Notes under the pieces: model-generated | Databases searched by the model: none | What the model was told of the DNA's origin: nothing | Seen by the model: only the letters and a program-made list of their open reading frames with translations | Source of the DNA: an uncultured virus (IMG/VR IMGVR_UViG_3300008267_005860) | Taxonomy: Duplodnaviria > Heunggongvirae > Uroviricota > Caudoviricetes | Virus record (IMG/VR): IMGVR_UViG_3300008267_005860 | DNA length: 64,000 nucleotides | Direction: 5' to 3' (one strand) | Made by a program: the position numbers and the translations under genes | Shown here: positions 27,600-35,742 of the stretch, in pieces | How positions within the stretch are numbered: the first letter of the stretch is position 1 | Layout of the letters: every line of letters begins with the position of its first letter

Positions 27600-29805
27600 A
27601 AAAGCAATTAATGTTGCCAAACAGTTAAAGCACGATTATCTTACTATAGAGCATTTATTATTCTCAATGCTCTGTGAAGATAGCTTTTTTAATTGTGTGC
27701 AGGGTTATGGTGCCGATCCAGAATACATTAAAAAGAATCTCGAACACTATCTTAAAAATAAATGTGACGAGATCATTAACAATACAACCACAGACATTAA
27801 GCCTCGTAAAACTCAAACAGTTGAGCGTGTTCTTAACCGTGCTTTTACACAGGTGTTGTTTAACGGTCGTCAACGTATCGAAAGCACAGACGTTTTCCTT
27901 GCCATGATGAGTGAAAAACGTAGCTGGGCTAGTTACTATATTCAACAAGCTGATATCGATAAAGAAAAGTTTGCAGATTATCTAAACAACGAAGTTGAGC
28001 CTGTTGAAGAAGAAGATCCTCGTGACAACGCTGGAGAACGAGCTATTAAATCTTTTACCAGCAACCTTAATGAGCTGGTAAGAAAAGGCAAAATTGATCC
28101 TGTCATTGGTCGTGTTGAAGAACTAGAAAACATTGCCTTGGCATTAGGCCGTCGCAGTAAGAATAATTGTATTCTAGTAGGTGACCCAGGCGTTGGTAAA
28201 ACTGCCATTGCAGAAGGCTTGGCCTATAATATTGTCAGTGGTGCTGTACCTGAGTTTCTCAAAGGCTATACAGTTTTTAGTTTAGACGTAAGTGCCATGC
28301 TTGCAGGCAGTAAATATCGCGGTGACTTTGAGGAAAGATTTAAAGCAGTACTAAAAGGTTTGAGCAAAAAAGGCAAGACTGTGTTGTTCATCGACGAAGC
28401 ACACATGATCAGTGGCGCAGGATCTGCTAATAACAATGCCAACGACCTTGCTAACATGATGAAGCCAGCATTGGCCAAAGGTAATGTTAAAGTTGTTGCG
28501 TCAACTACTTGGGAAGAATACCGCAAGCACTTTGAAAAGGATCGTGCGCTGATGCGTCGATTCCAACGTATTACTGTTGACGAGCCTACGCAGGAAATGA
28601 CACTACAGATTCTCAAGGGTGTTAAAAAGTACTACGAACAGTTTCACAATGTTAAGATCAAAGATGATGCTATCCGTGCATCTATTAAATTAAGCGTGAA
28701 ATATCAAAGCGACAAAAAGCTACCAGACAAAGCAATTGATCTAATTGACTGTGCTTGCAGTAGATTTAATCTTAAACTTGCAGATGAAAGAATTGTCAAC
28801 GAAGATTCTATTCAATTTGAAATTGCAAGAATGATTCAAATGCCAGTTGAGCAGATTGCAGAACAAGAAACTGGAAACCTAGCATCGCTTGAAGGTAATC
28901 TCAAACAAGAAGTCTACGGACAAGACAACGCAATTATAGAAATTGTAGATAAGATTCTTGTTAGCCGTGCAGGACTTAAACCTGAAAACAAGCCAGTTGG
29001 TAGTTTTGTGTTCATGGGCCCAACAGGTACAGGTAAAACTGAAACAGCCAAAGTACTGGCAAAAAATCTTGGCGTTAAACTTGTGCGTTTTGACATGAGT
29101 GAATATCAAGAGAAACACTCTGTAAGTAAATTGATCGGCTCACCGCCAGGCTACGTTGGCTTTGAAGAGAACGCAGGTCTACTTATTACCAAGATTCAAG
29201 AATCACCTAACTGCGTACTGCTATTAGACGAAATTGAAAAATCACATCCTGATGTTTCAACTATTTTATTGCAGATGATGGACAATGGTTTTATCACAGG
29301 GTCAAATGGCAAACAAGCAGACTGCCGCAATTTAATTCTTATCATTACTACAAATGCTGGTGCAGCCGAATCTGAAAAGAATCAAATTGGCTTTGGCAGT
29401 CAAGAGCGCACATATGAAGACAAAGCTTTGAAGAAATTCTTTGCCCCTGAATTCCGCAATCGTTTAGACGCTGTGGTTACATTTGGTAAGCTGACTAAAG
29501 AAACAATGATTAAAATTGTTGGTAAGTTTATTATTGAACTTCGCGATCAGATCAAAGAAAAGAATGTCAAAGTTAAAGTCACTGATGAAGCAATTGATTG
29601 GTTAATCGAAAAAGGCTTTGATAGTAAGATGGGTGCAAGACCATTACAACGTGTCATTGACAAAGAAATTAAACGTCCGTTAGCTCGTATGATGCTGTTC
29701 GGAGAGTTAAAAGACGGCGGTACATTGGTAATTGCAGAGAAGAACGGTGAACTTTTACTAACTTCTAAACCTAAACTCCCAAGGATGTTAGCAATTGAGG
29801 CTTGA
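27562..29805 (+). CDS. clpA: ClpA-like ATP-dependent Clp protease ATPase subunit
   Basis: Clp N-domain, two AAA modules (GDPGVGKT, GPTGTGKT), KYRGDFE and PPGYVG pore loops, IGF loop, no ClpB middle domain. Confidence 0.93.
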   Translation: MVEPSSELQLVFEKAINVAKQLKHDYLTIEHLLFSMLCEDSFFNCVQGYGADPEYIKKNLEHYLKNKCDEIINNTTTDIKPRKTQTVERVLNRAFTQVLFNGRQRIESTDVFLAMMSEKRSWASYYIQQADIDKEKFADYLNNEVEPVEEEDPRDNAGERAIKSFTSNLNELVRKGKIDPVIGRVEELENIALALGRRSKNNCILVGDPGVGKTAIAEGLAYNIVSGAVPEFLKGYTVFSLDVSAMLAGSKYRGDFEERFKAVLKGLSKKGKTVLFIDEAHMISGAGSANNNANDLANMMKPALAKGNVKVVASTTWEEYRKHFEKDRALMRRFQRITVDEPTQEMTLQILKGVKKYYEQFHNVKIKDDAIRASIKLSVKYQSDKKLPDKAIDLIDCACSRFNLKLADERIVNEDSIQFEIARMIQMPVEQIAEQETGNLASLEGNLKQEVYGQDNAIIEIVDKILVSRAGLKPENKPVGSFVFMGPTGTGKTETAKVLAKNLGVKLVRFDMSEYQEKHSVSKLIGSPPGYVGFEENAGLLITKIQESPNCVLLLDEIEKSHPDVSTILLQMMDNGFITGSNGKQADCRNLILIITTNAGAAESEKNQIGFGSQERTYEDKALKKFFAPEFRNRLDAVVTFGKLTKETMIKIVGKFIIELRDQIKEKNVKVKVTDEAIDWLIEKGFDSKMGARPLQRVIDKEIKRPLARMMLFGELKDGGTLVIAEKNGELLLTSKPKLPRMLAIEA

Positions 29806-30433
29806 TAAATCAATTCTAATCAAGGACACAGTAAGTCTATTTTCAAACAAGTACCAATACAAAATAGTACTTGTGTGTCCTGCCGCGAATTGGTTTAGAG
29901 GAAACGATTTAGATTTTGTTGAGGCAAGACTCAAGCTACTAAAAACAGGGCAGCGACCGTTATGGCTCAAAATTAAATCTAACGAAGACATTGAGTATTG
30001 CTTTAATCTACAAAAAGCTTTGGTGAATTCTAGTGATTACAATGTAAGAGTTGAGCATCCTTATCTTAACTTTTACAGCAACAACAGCAAATCTATCGAA
30101 GCGTTAGCTGGGTTGGATCCAGCTCGAGTAAGCTATGTTTGTATGCCTAACAAGACTAATCCTTCATTAAAAGAAGGAGCAGTAATTGTTAAAAAATTAG
30201 ACTATGATTATAAAGTTTTCCTAGGTAAAACTACACAGGATAACAGTACATTTGTAACATGGGCTAGACAAAATAAGAATATACGTCTTACAAAAAGAGC
30301 TGAAAAAGACCTGTGTAAAACACGTAGTTATGGCGGTAGCTACTTCTATGTACGTACTGATAAGGCTATGACCATGGTTAGGATGTTTGTAGGCACGTAT
30401 GTAAGCAAAATAGAATCAGTAATTAAAGCGTAA
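29795..30433 (+). CDS. Hypothetical protein
   Basis: 212-aa ORF overlapping the clpA end; TTG start uncertain. Confidence 0.65.
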   Translation: MRLDKSILIKDTVSLFSNKYQYKIVLVCPAANWFRGNDLDFVEARLKLLKTGQRPLWLKIKSNEDIEYCFNLQKALVNSSDYNVRVEHPYLNFYSNNSKSIEALAGLDPARVSYVCMPNKTNPSLKEGAVIVKKLDYDYKVFLGKTTQDNSTFVTWARQNKNIRLTKRAEKDLCKTRSYGGSYFYVRTDKAMTMVRMFVGTYVSKIESVIKA

Positions 30434-30437
30434 CACT

Positions 30438-30475
30438 AGTCCCTTATTTCGATAAATATAAAGAAATAAGGGACT
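30438..30475 (+). promoter_or_regulatory. 13-bp hairpin with late promoter GATAAATA in the loop and RBS in the 3' arm
   Basis: AGTCCCTTATTTC / GAAATAAGGGACT perfect inverted repeat; loop 30451-30462. Confidence 0.8.
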
Positions 30476-30479
30476 TCTT

Positions 30480-31529
30480 ATGTCGGTGCATTCACATATA
30501 CTACGTAGCTATTTAGACATTCTAAATGAAGGGCCGCCACCAGGCATTGGGCCTAATGCACCGATACCGCCTGGACCTGCACCTGATCGCCCTGGATATA
30601 CTAAAACTATTATACCAGATGGCCCACAAAAGGGCTGGACACGGTATCAAAAGATTGGCAGCAAATCTAGAGCTGAATACGAAAAGGCCATGGCAGACTT
30701 TAAGGCCAACAATACAGTTAGTCCAGCTGATCTGAACAAACCTAAAGTAGAGGTTCAAGGCCGAGTACCAGGACAAGATTTTACTGTTAGTAATTTGGAA
30801 ATATTGAAAACTCTTGTAGACCCGCAAGCTATAGCACGTTTTAAAAAACAAGAACAAGAGTTTGGACAAGCACCTATGAGCCAAGACGAAGTGACAAAGA
30901 ACCTACTGCCGATGATTACACATTTTGATGATCCGCAGGGCACGGCAAAAATTGCATTAAACACAGGCATGTCTCCAGAAGAAGTTTTAAAATTTATACC
31001 TAAAGATTTTAGTTTAAGTCCTGCACAGCCAGCTGCTCAAACTCCGTCTACACCAATACCGTCTCCTACACAAGAATCAACAAACATAAAAAGTAAAAAA
31101 TTAGTTGAATATATTGAACAAATAGAATTAGAAGGCGATGTTCATCCCGGAGATGGATTTGAAATAGAGATCAGTGAAGATACAGTTATCGAAACCACTG
31201 TATTAGAAAGCTGGGAAGACAGTATTCTTATTGCATTAGATAGCGAAGCCATAAAAATGCTTGGAGAATCAAGTGTTGAGCTAATTACTGAAGCTGACTA
31301 TCAAGGGCGTACTGTGCCTTTAGGCAAGCCTATGAAGGGTGATGTTAAAAAGTCTAAAGTTTATGTGCGTAAACCCAATGGTAAAGTAGTTAAAGTAAAT
31401 TTTGGTGACAAGAAATTAAGCATTAAAAAGCATATTCCTGGTCGCCGCAAAAACTTCCGTGCCCGTCACAACTGCGACAATCCTGGTCCACGTTGGAAGG
31501 CACGTTATTGGTCATGTAGGGCTTGGTAA
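30480..31529 (+). CDS. Putative head-packaged modular protein
   Basis: Modules bounded by ILNE/LVE/ITE; basic C-terminal module FRARHNC...ARYWSCRAW. Confidence 0.6.
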   Translation: MSVHSHILRSYLDILNEGPPPGIGPNAPIPPGPAPDRPGYTKTIIPDGPQKGWTRYQKIGSKSRAEYEKAMADFKANNTVSPADLNKPKVEVQGRVPGQDFTVSNLEILKTLVDPQAIARFKKQEQEFGQAPMSQDEVTKNLLPMITHFDDPQGTAKIALNTGMSPEEVLKFIPKDFSLSPAQPAAQTPSTPIPSPTQESTNIKSKKLVEYIEQIELEGDVHPGDGFEIEISEDTVIETTVLESWEDSILIALDSEAIKMLGESSVELITEADYQGRTVPLGKPMKGDVKKSKVYVRKPNGKVVKVNFGDKKLSIKKHIPGRRKNFRARHNCDNPGPRWKARYWSCRAW

Positions 31530-31532
31530 TAT

Positions 31533-31892
31533 ATGCGTATTAATGAAATGTTTTTTCCCGCTACTAGCGAATCTAATCCTGAAAAGGAATTGGAATTTGA
31601 TCTCACCGACGATCTTATTTTTTACATGAATAACGAACCTTCGTTTTATAGAAAAGAATATTTTCCAGCAATGCTTAAATTTAAAAAATATTGCGAAGAA
31701 GGCAAACAAATTCACCCCAGAGCTTTTAAGAAATTAGTTAGTAAAGCATTTGAACAATATCAAAATAAATTTCAAGTAGAGGGATTAAAAGATTCACTTT
31801 CTGAAGAGATGTGCGAAGAAGTCTGTGCTGCAATACATAAATTAGAAAGTACAAATGTTAAAGAAGGCCATTACGGAAAATTTCGGAAATAA
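31533..31892 (+). CDS. Hypothetical protein (MRINE N-terminus)
   Basis: Tightly packed ORF in the late cluster. Confidence 0.7.
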   Translation: MRINEMFFPATSESNPEKELEFDLTDDLIFYMNNEPSFYRKEYFPAMLKFKKYCEEGKQIHPRAFKKLVSKAFEQYQNKFQVEGLKDSLSEEMCEEVCAAIHKLESTNVKEGHYGKFRK

Positions 31893-31895
31893 AAT

Positions 31896-32786
31896 ATGCT
31901 TTTAAGAGAACTATTTGAAGTTGGCACAGACAGATCTGTAGCTATTATGTTTGGAAGATTTAATCCTCCACACTTCGGCCACGTGGCTGCATGGGTAGAA
32001 GCATCAAAGTTTCCAGCTTGGTATATTGGTACAAATCAAAGTACACAAGGTCCTAAAGATCCATTACCATTTAGCATCAAAGTAGAAGCAATGAAAAAAC
32101 TCTATCCAGAAATTGTTGAGCATCTTGTTGCTACTCAAACTTGGTTTACTCTTGCTGTAATGGCCTACAAGCAACACGGTGAAGGAACAACTCTACGTGT
32201 AGTCACTGATGACAAAGATATGAAAATATATCTACCAATGATTCAGAAACAAAACGGTGTTGAAGGACCGCATGGTTATTATAAATTTAAAAATATTGTC
32301 TGGGCTGAAGCAAAACGTAAGAGCGAAGCATCTTTAGTTCGTAAAGCTGTAAGAGAAAATAATAAAGACGACTTTGAAAAATATGCTCTAGATGGTCAAC
32401 CAGATATTATAGTTGCGGGACGATCTTATTTTGAACTAGTAAGACAATACCTGTTACCGTACATGGACGCAGAAGAAGAAGAATCTAGGAAAAAAGACGA
32501 AAGAGAAAAAGCCAAAGCTGAAAAAGAAAAAGCCAAAGCTGAAAAATCTAAATCTGAAAAAGCCAAAGCTGAAAAATCCAAAGCTGAAAAATCCAAAGCT
32601 GAAAAAGAAAAACCTATTACTCCTGTAAAAAAACCAGTGAAGCCAGAAGCACCTAGCGATATCTCAGCAAACAAATCATCGCCTAGTGGATTTGAAAAGA
32701 ACGCAGAAAAAGAAATACCGTTTAATAGTAAGAAATCAGAAAAAGAAATGCCGGTTAAGGTAGCAGAAAGAAGAGTCAAGGAATAA
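31896..32786 (+). CDS. HIGH-motif nucleotidyltransferase-like protein with Lys/Glu repeat tail
   Basis: FGRFNPPHFGH; KAEKxK repeats at about 32505-32610. Confidence 0.75.
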   Translation: MLLRELFEVGTDRSVAIMFGRFNPPHFGHVAAWVEASKFPAWYIGTNQSTQGPKDPLPFSIKVEAMKKLYPEIVEHLVATQTWFTLAVMAYKQHGEGTTLRVVTDDKDMKIYLPMIQKQNGVEGPHGYYKFKNIVWAEAKRKSEASLVRKAVRENNKDDFEKYALDGQPDIIVAGRSYFELVRQYLLPYMDAEEEESRKKDEREKAKAEKEKAKAEKSKSEKAKAEKSKAEKSKAEKEKPITPVKKPVKPEAPSDISANKSSPSGFEKNAEKEIPFNSKKSEKEMPVKVAERRVKE

Positions 32787-32788
32787 AA

Positions 32789-33223
32789 ATGGAAGAGTTA
32801 CATAAAGCTGCTAAAATTGCTTTTGCCAGCACATATAGTTTTGTTATTAAAGCACAGAACTTTCATTGGAATGTAGAAGGTATGTTCTTTGAACCTCTAC
32901 ATAATTTATTTGGTAAAATCTACGAAGAAGCCTATGGCAGTATCGATACCTTTGCCGAAGAGATTCGCGCCATGGGTACTTACACTCCTGCTAGTTTTCA
33001 AAGATTTACTATGCTGTCACAGATAGACGATGAAACTGAAATGCTTGACAGCAAGCAGATGGTTGTTGAACTATTGCAAGATAACGAAAAAATGATTGCA
33101 ATGTTACAGGTTTTATTTGAAATCAGTGAAAAATATAAGCAATTTGGATTCAGTGACTTTGTTGCTGGTCGAATAGATGCACATAAGAAACACGGATGGA
33201 TGTTGAAAGCTACATTAAAATAA
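32789..33223 (+). CDS. dps: Dps-family ferritin-like protein
   Basis: FHWNVEG..F..LH..F...YE....IDTFAEEIR and HKKHGWML. Confidence 0.9.
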   Translation: MEELHKAAKIAFASTYSFVIKAQNFHWNVEGMFFEPLHNLFGKIYEEAYGSIDTFAEEIRAMGTYTPASFQRFTMLSQIDDETEMLDSKQMVVELLQDNEKMIAMLQVLFEISEKYKQFGFSDFVAGRIDAHKKHGWMLKATLK

Positions 33224-33441
33224 TGGATGAACTAAAACAGTTAAAACGTCTTGCTGGAATAAATGAATTTAAGGGTTATTTAAAATATGATCCTATAGAT
33301 CCTTACGGTGGCAGTAATATAAGCCTAACAGGTAACGAAAAAGGCGAATTACAAAAGAAACACGATATTAAACCCGGAACCCCCGAATGGTTTAAACTTT
33401 GGTTTAGTCTGCCAAAACTAACAGGTGAAAAACCAATTTAA
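33223..33441 (+). CDS. Small hypothetical protein (MDELKQLKRLAGI)
   Basis: TAATG coupling with the dps stop. Confidence 0.7.
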   Translation: MDELKQLKRLAGINEFKGYLKYDPIDPYGGSNISLTGNEKGELQKKHDIKPGTPEWFKLWFSLPKLTGEKPI

Positions 33442-33451
33442 GGACTAAACT

Positions 33452-33715
33452 ATGAAAATACGAGAACTTATTAATGAATTTGCATCAGCTGGTGCTACTA
33501 GCACAGCAAATATAGGCACTGTTGTTAACCCACATATTAGCCCGGGCAAAGCTCGTGGCAAAAAGAGTTATACAGGTAGCCCAAGTACAGGCAGCGGAAA
33601 GAAAAGTCCGCCACAGCCTAAAATTATACAACCTAAAAATTCCGACGGTACAGCTAAAGGAGCACACAATGTAAAAGGTGTTAGCTTATTTGGCGGGCCG
33701 CCCATTAAACGATAA
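33452..33715 (+). CDS. Small basic hypothetical protein (MKIRELINE)
   Basis: AAGGA RBS. Confidence 0.7.
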   Translation: MKIRELINEFASAGATSTANIGTVVNPHISPGKARGKKSYTGSPSTGSGKKSPPQPKIIQPKNSDGTAKGAHNVKGVSLFGGPPIKR

Positions 33716-33718
33716 ATA
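33711..33718 (+). promoter_or_regulatory. Late-promoter-like GATAAATA
   Basis: Exact motif 21 nt before ATG 33740. Confidence 0.7.
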
Positions 33719-33739
33719 TTAAAAATTGGAGAATTCAAC

Positions 33740-34876
33740 ATGGATTTAAATATGCGTCCAGATGATCACGAAGCTGCTATGGCTAGAGCTGATCTTTATA
33801 AGATGGCTAATTATAGCTTTAAACTTTTTAAAATGATCAGAGACGGTGATCAACTAGAAGGATGGGTACAGGCTAAAATTACCAAAGCCGCTGACTATGT
33901 AGCCAGCGTATATCATTACATGGAGTACGAAATGAAGTTTAGCGAATACGGTAACAAAATTGAAAACAGCGACATGTACTCAGAATCTGTTAAAGCTGAG
34001 TTCCGTCAGAAGCTAGTTGAAGCAAAACAAAAATTAAATAAACTTAAAAAAGCTGCACAAAACATGGACGAGTCAGGCTTGCAACTGCCTTATGATCCAG
34101 ATGGTGAAAGTGCTCCTCCTCCAAAAGGCAAAGACGGAAAGTATCCTGTAATTGTTGCTGGTCCAAACAAAGGTATCCGCTGGGGAGATATTAATCCCAA
34201 GACTGGTCAGAAAGCCATGGGTCCTACAAACCCTGCATTGGCCAAACCTGTTAGAGAAGCTGCTAAATCTAAAAAGGGTGACGGCAACCTAGCTAACAAC
34301 GCTAAACCCTACGACAAAGTAACACGTGGTGATGTTGTTGCTGGACGTTTAGGCAAAGACGAAAAAGGTGGCAAGGCTGTCAAAGAAGAGTCAAGTGAGC
34401 TTAAGAAGACAGGCGATTCTAAAAAAACACGCACTGGAGTATTGACTAAAACTGCTACAGGTGTTAAGCACGTTAATACCAGTCACTCAGATGAAGAACA
34501 CGGCGAACCAACCAGCAAAGTAAAACAAAAATCTGCTGCTGAAAAGAAAGCTGACAAAGCCCGTGAAATTAAGTTACCTAAACACAAGGGCAACACCTGG
34601 GGTATGAAAGGCGGTGAGAAGTTTGGTAAGAAGATGGAAAATACTATGCCTGATCCACAGGCTGCAAGAACTGCCAGAGCCGGTGCTGCAAATGATCTTG
34701 CAAATCAAGCTCAACCAACAAGACCAGTAAAAGAAAACAAATGCAATCACACACCAAAAGGTAAAAGCTGTCCAGTACACGGCCTAAAAGAATGTGGTAG
34801 CATGATGGAAGCTGGTAAGTCTAAAAATCTTAAACAGCAGGCAGCGATTGCCATTGCTAAAAAGAAAGCAGCATAA
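33740..34876 (+). CDS. Putative internal head protein, modular and Lys-rich
   Basis: Helical N-domain, then short modules separated by hydrophobic-x-E sites; CNH...CPVHG..EC motif. Confidence 0.6.
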   Translation: MDLNMRPDDHEAAMARADLYKMANYSFKLFKMIRDGDQLEGWVQAKITKAADYVASVYHYMEYEMKFSEYGNKIENSDMYSESVKAEFRQKLVEAKQKLNKLKKAAQNMDESGLQLPYDPDGESAPPPKGKDGKYPVIVAGPNKGIRWGDINPKTGQKAMGPTNPALAKPVREAAKSKKGDGNLANNAKPYDKVTRGDVVAGRLGKDEKGGKAVKEESSELKKTGDSKKTRTGVLTKTATGVKHVNTSHSDEEHGEPTSKVKQKSAAEKKADKAREIKLPKHKGNTWGMKGGEKFGKKMENTMPDPQAARTARAGAANDLANQAQPTRPVKENKCNHTPKGKSCPVHGLKECGSMMEAGKSKNLKQQAAIAIAKKKAA

Positions 34877-34878
34877 CT

Positions 34879-35619
34879 ATGAACATGAAGAAAATTCTAC
34901 AGGCTTTTGATGGTGCTTCTACCAAGAAGCCTGTGGAAGGTTCTAATGACATGAAACGTTTCTTGCAGGTCATGGAGGGCAAAGGTCCTCTTAATCGTTT
35001 GACCACTGCCGAAGCAATGGCAGTACAGACTTACATTGATCCAGAACCTCGTAAAAGTATTACTAGTCCTGTGCTCAATGTTGCTAAAGATGCCAAACCT
35101 AGCATGGTAGGCAAATACTTTAAAAAAGTTGAACAAGAATTTGAAGAATCAGCTGTAAGATCAAAAGAACGCAGTCGTCAACTGGCCGAGATTGTAGCTA
35201 ATAAGATCAACGAAGGTGTTCCTCGTTTAAGTAAACATATAAGTCAAAGTCAACTGCCTCCAGAAGCATTAAATCGCAGAGCTAAAAATCAAGCTGCTAA
35301 AAGATTAAGTGTAAGAGAAGCACCATTAGCAGCCACAGACGATCCCAACGATCCTATGATACACAGTCATGAAAAAGCCAACCCAATGACTCTTAAGAGT
35401 AGAATTGTACAGGCTAGACGTCAGCTACAAGAGCTGGCTAAAATGTCAGACTCTGATGAGTTAGCTGTGTGGGAACAAATATGTAAACTGTCAAAGGGTG
35501 GCATGTTTATGGGATTAGAACAAAATTTAGAACAGATTCGTCACGGAATAGACGAATTAGCCAATAAGCGTAAGCGTGGAGGCGTAGCTAGCAGAGGAAT
35601 TGATAAGAATATTGGATAA
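34879..35619 (+). CDS. Hypothetical protein, late cluster
   Basis: MNMKKIL start; internal VME/INE/VRE sites. Confidence 0.7.
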   Translation: MNMKKILQAFDGASTKKPVEGSNDMKRFLQVMEGKGPLNRLTTAEAMAVQTYIDPEPRKSITSPVLNVAKDAKPSMVGKYFKKVEQEFEESAVRSKERSRQLAEIVANKINEGVPRLSKHISQSQLPPEALNRRAKNQAAKRLSVREAPLAATDDPNDPMIHSHEKANPMTLKSRIVQARRQLQELAKMSDSDELAVWEQICKLSKGGMFMGLEQNLEQIRHGIDELANKRKRGGVASRGIDKNIG

Positions 35620-35710
35620 ACACCTACCTTGGGACCGTTACTCTACGGAGGTGTCAGGCGGCTGCTGCCTACAAGAAGCGATTCGCTACCGTGTAATGTA
35701 AAGTGAGCAC
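35620..35710 (+). ncRNA. Candidate structured non-coding RNA, family not recognised
   Basis: GC-richer intergenic island with nested stems and potential pseudoknot pairings; strand assumed from neighbours. Confidence 0.5.
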
Positions 35711-35711
35711 T

Positions 35712-35719
35712 GATAAATA
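35712..35719 (+). promoter_or_regulatory. Late-promoter-like GATAAATA
   Basis: Exact motif 23 nt before ATG 35743. Confidence 0.7.
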
Positions 35720-35742
35720 TTTGATAAAATTGGAAACAGACT

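Noticed and set aside
26243..33223. Bacterial chromosome or chimeric contig (dnaJ, def, clpA, dps)
   Set aside because: Genes are interleaved with phage lysis and late genes, with similar composition and overlapping packing.
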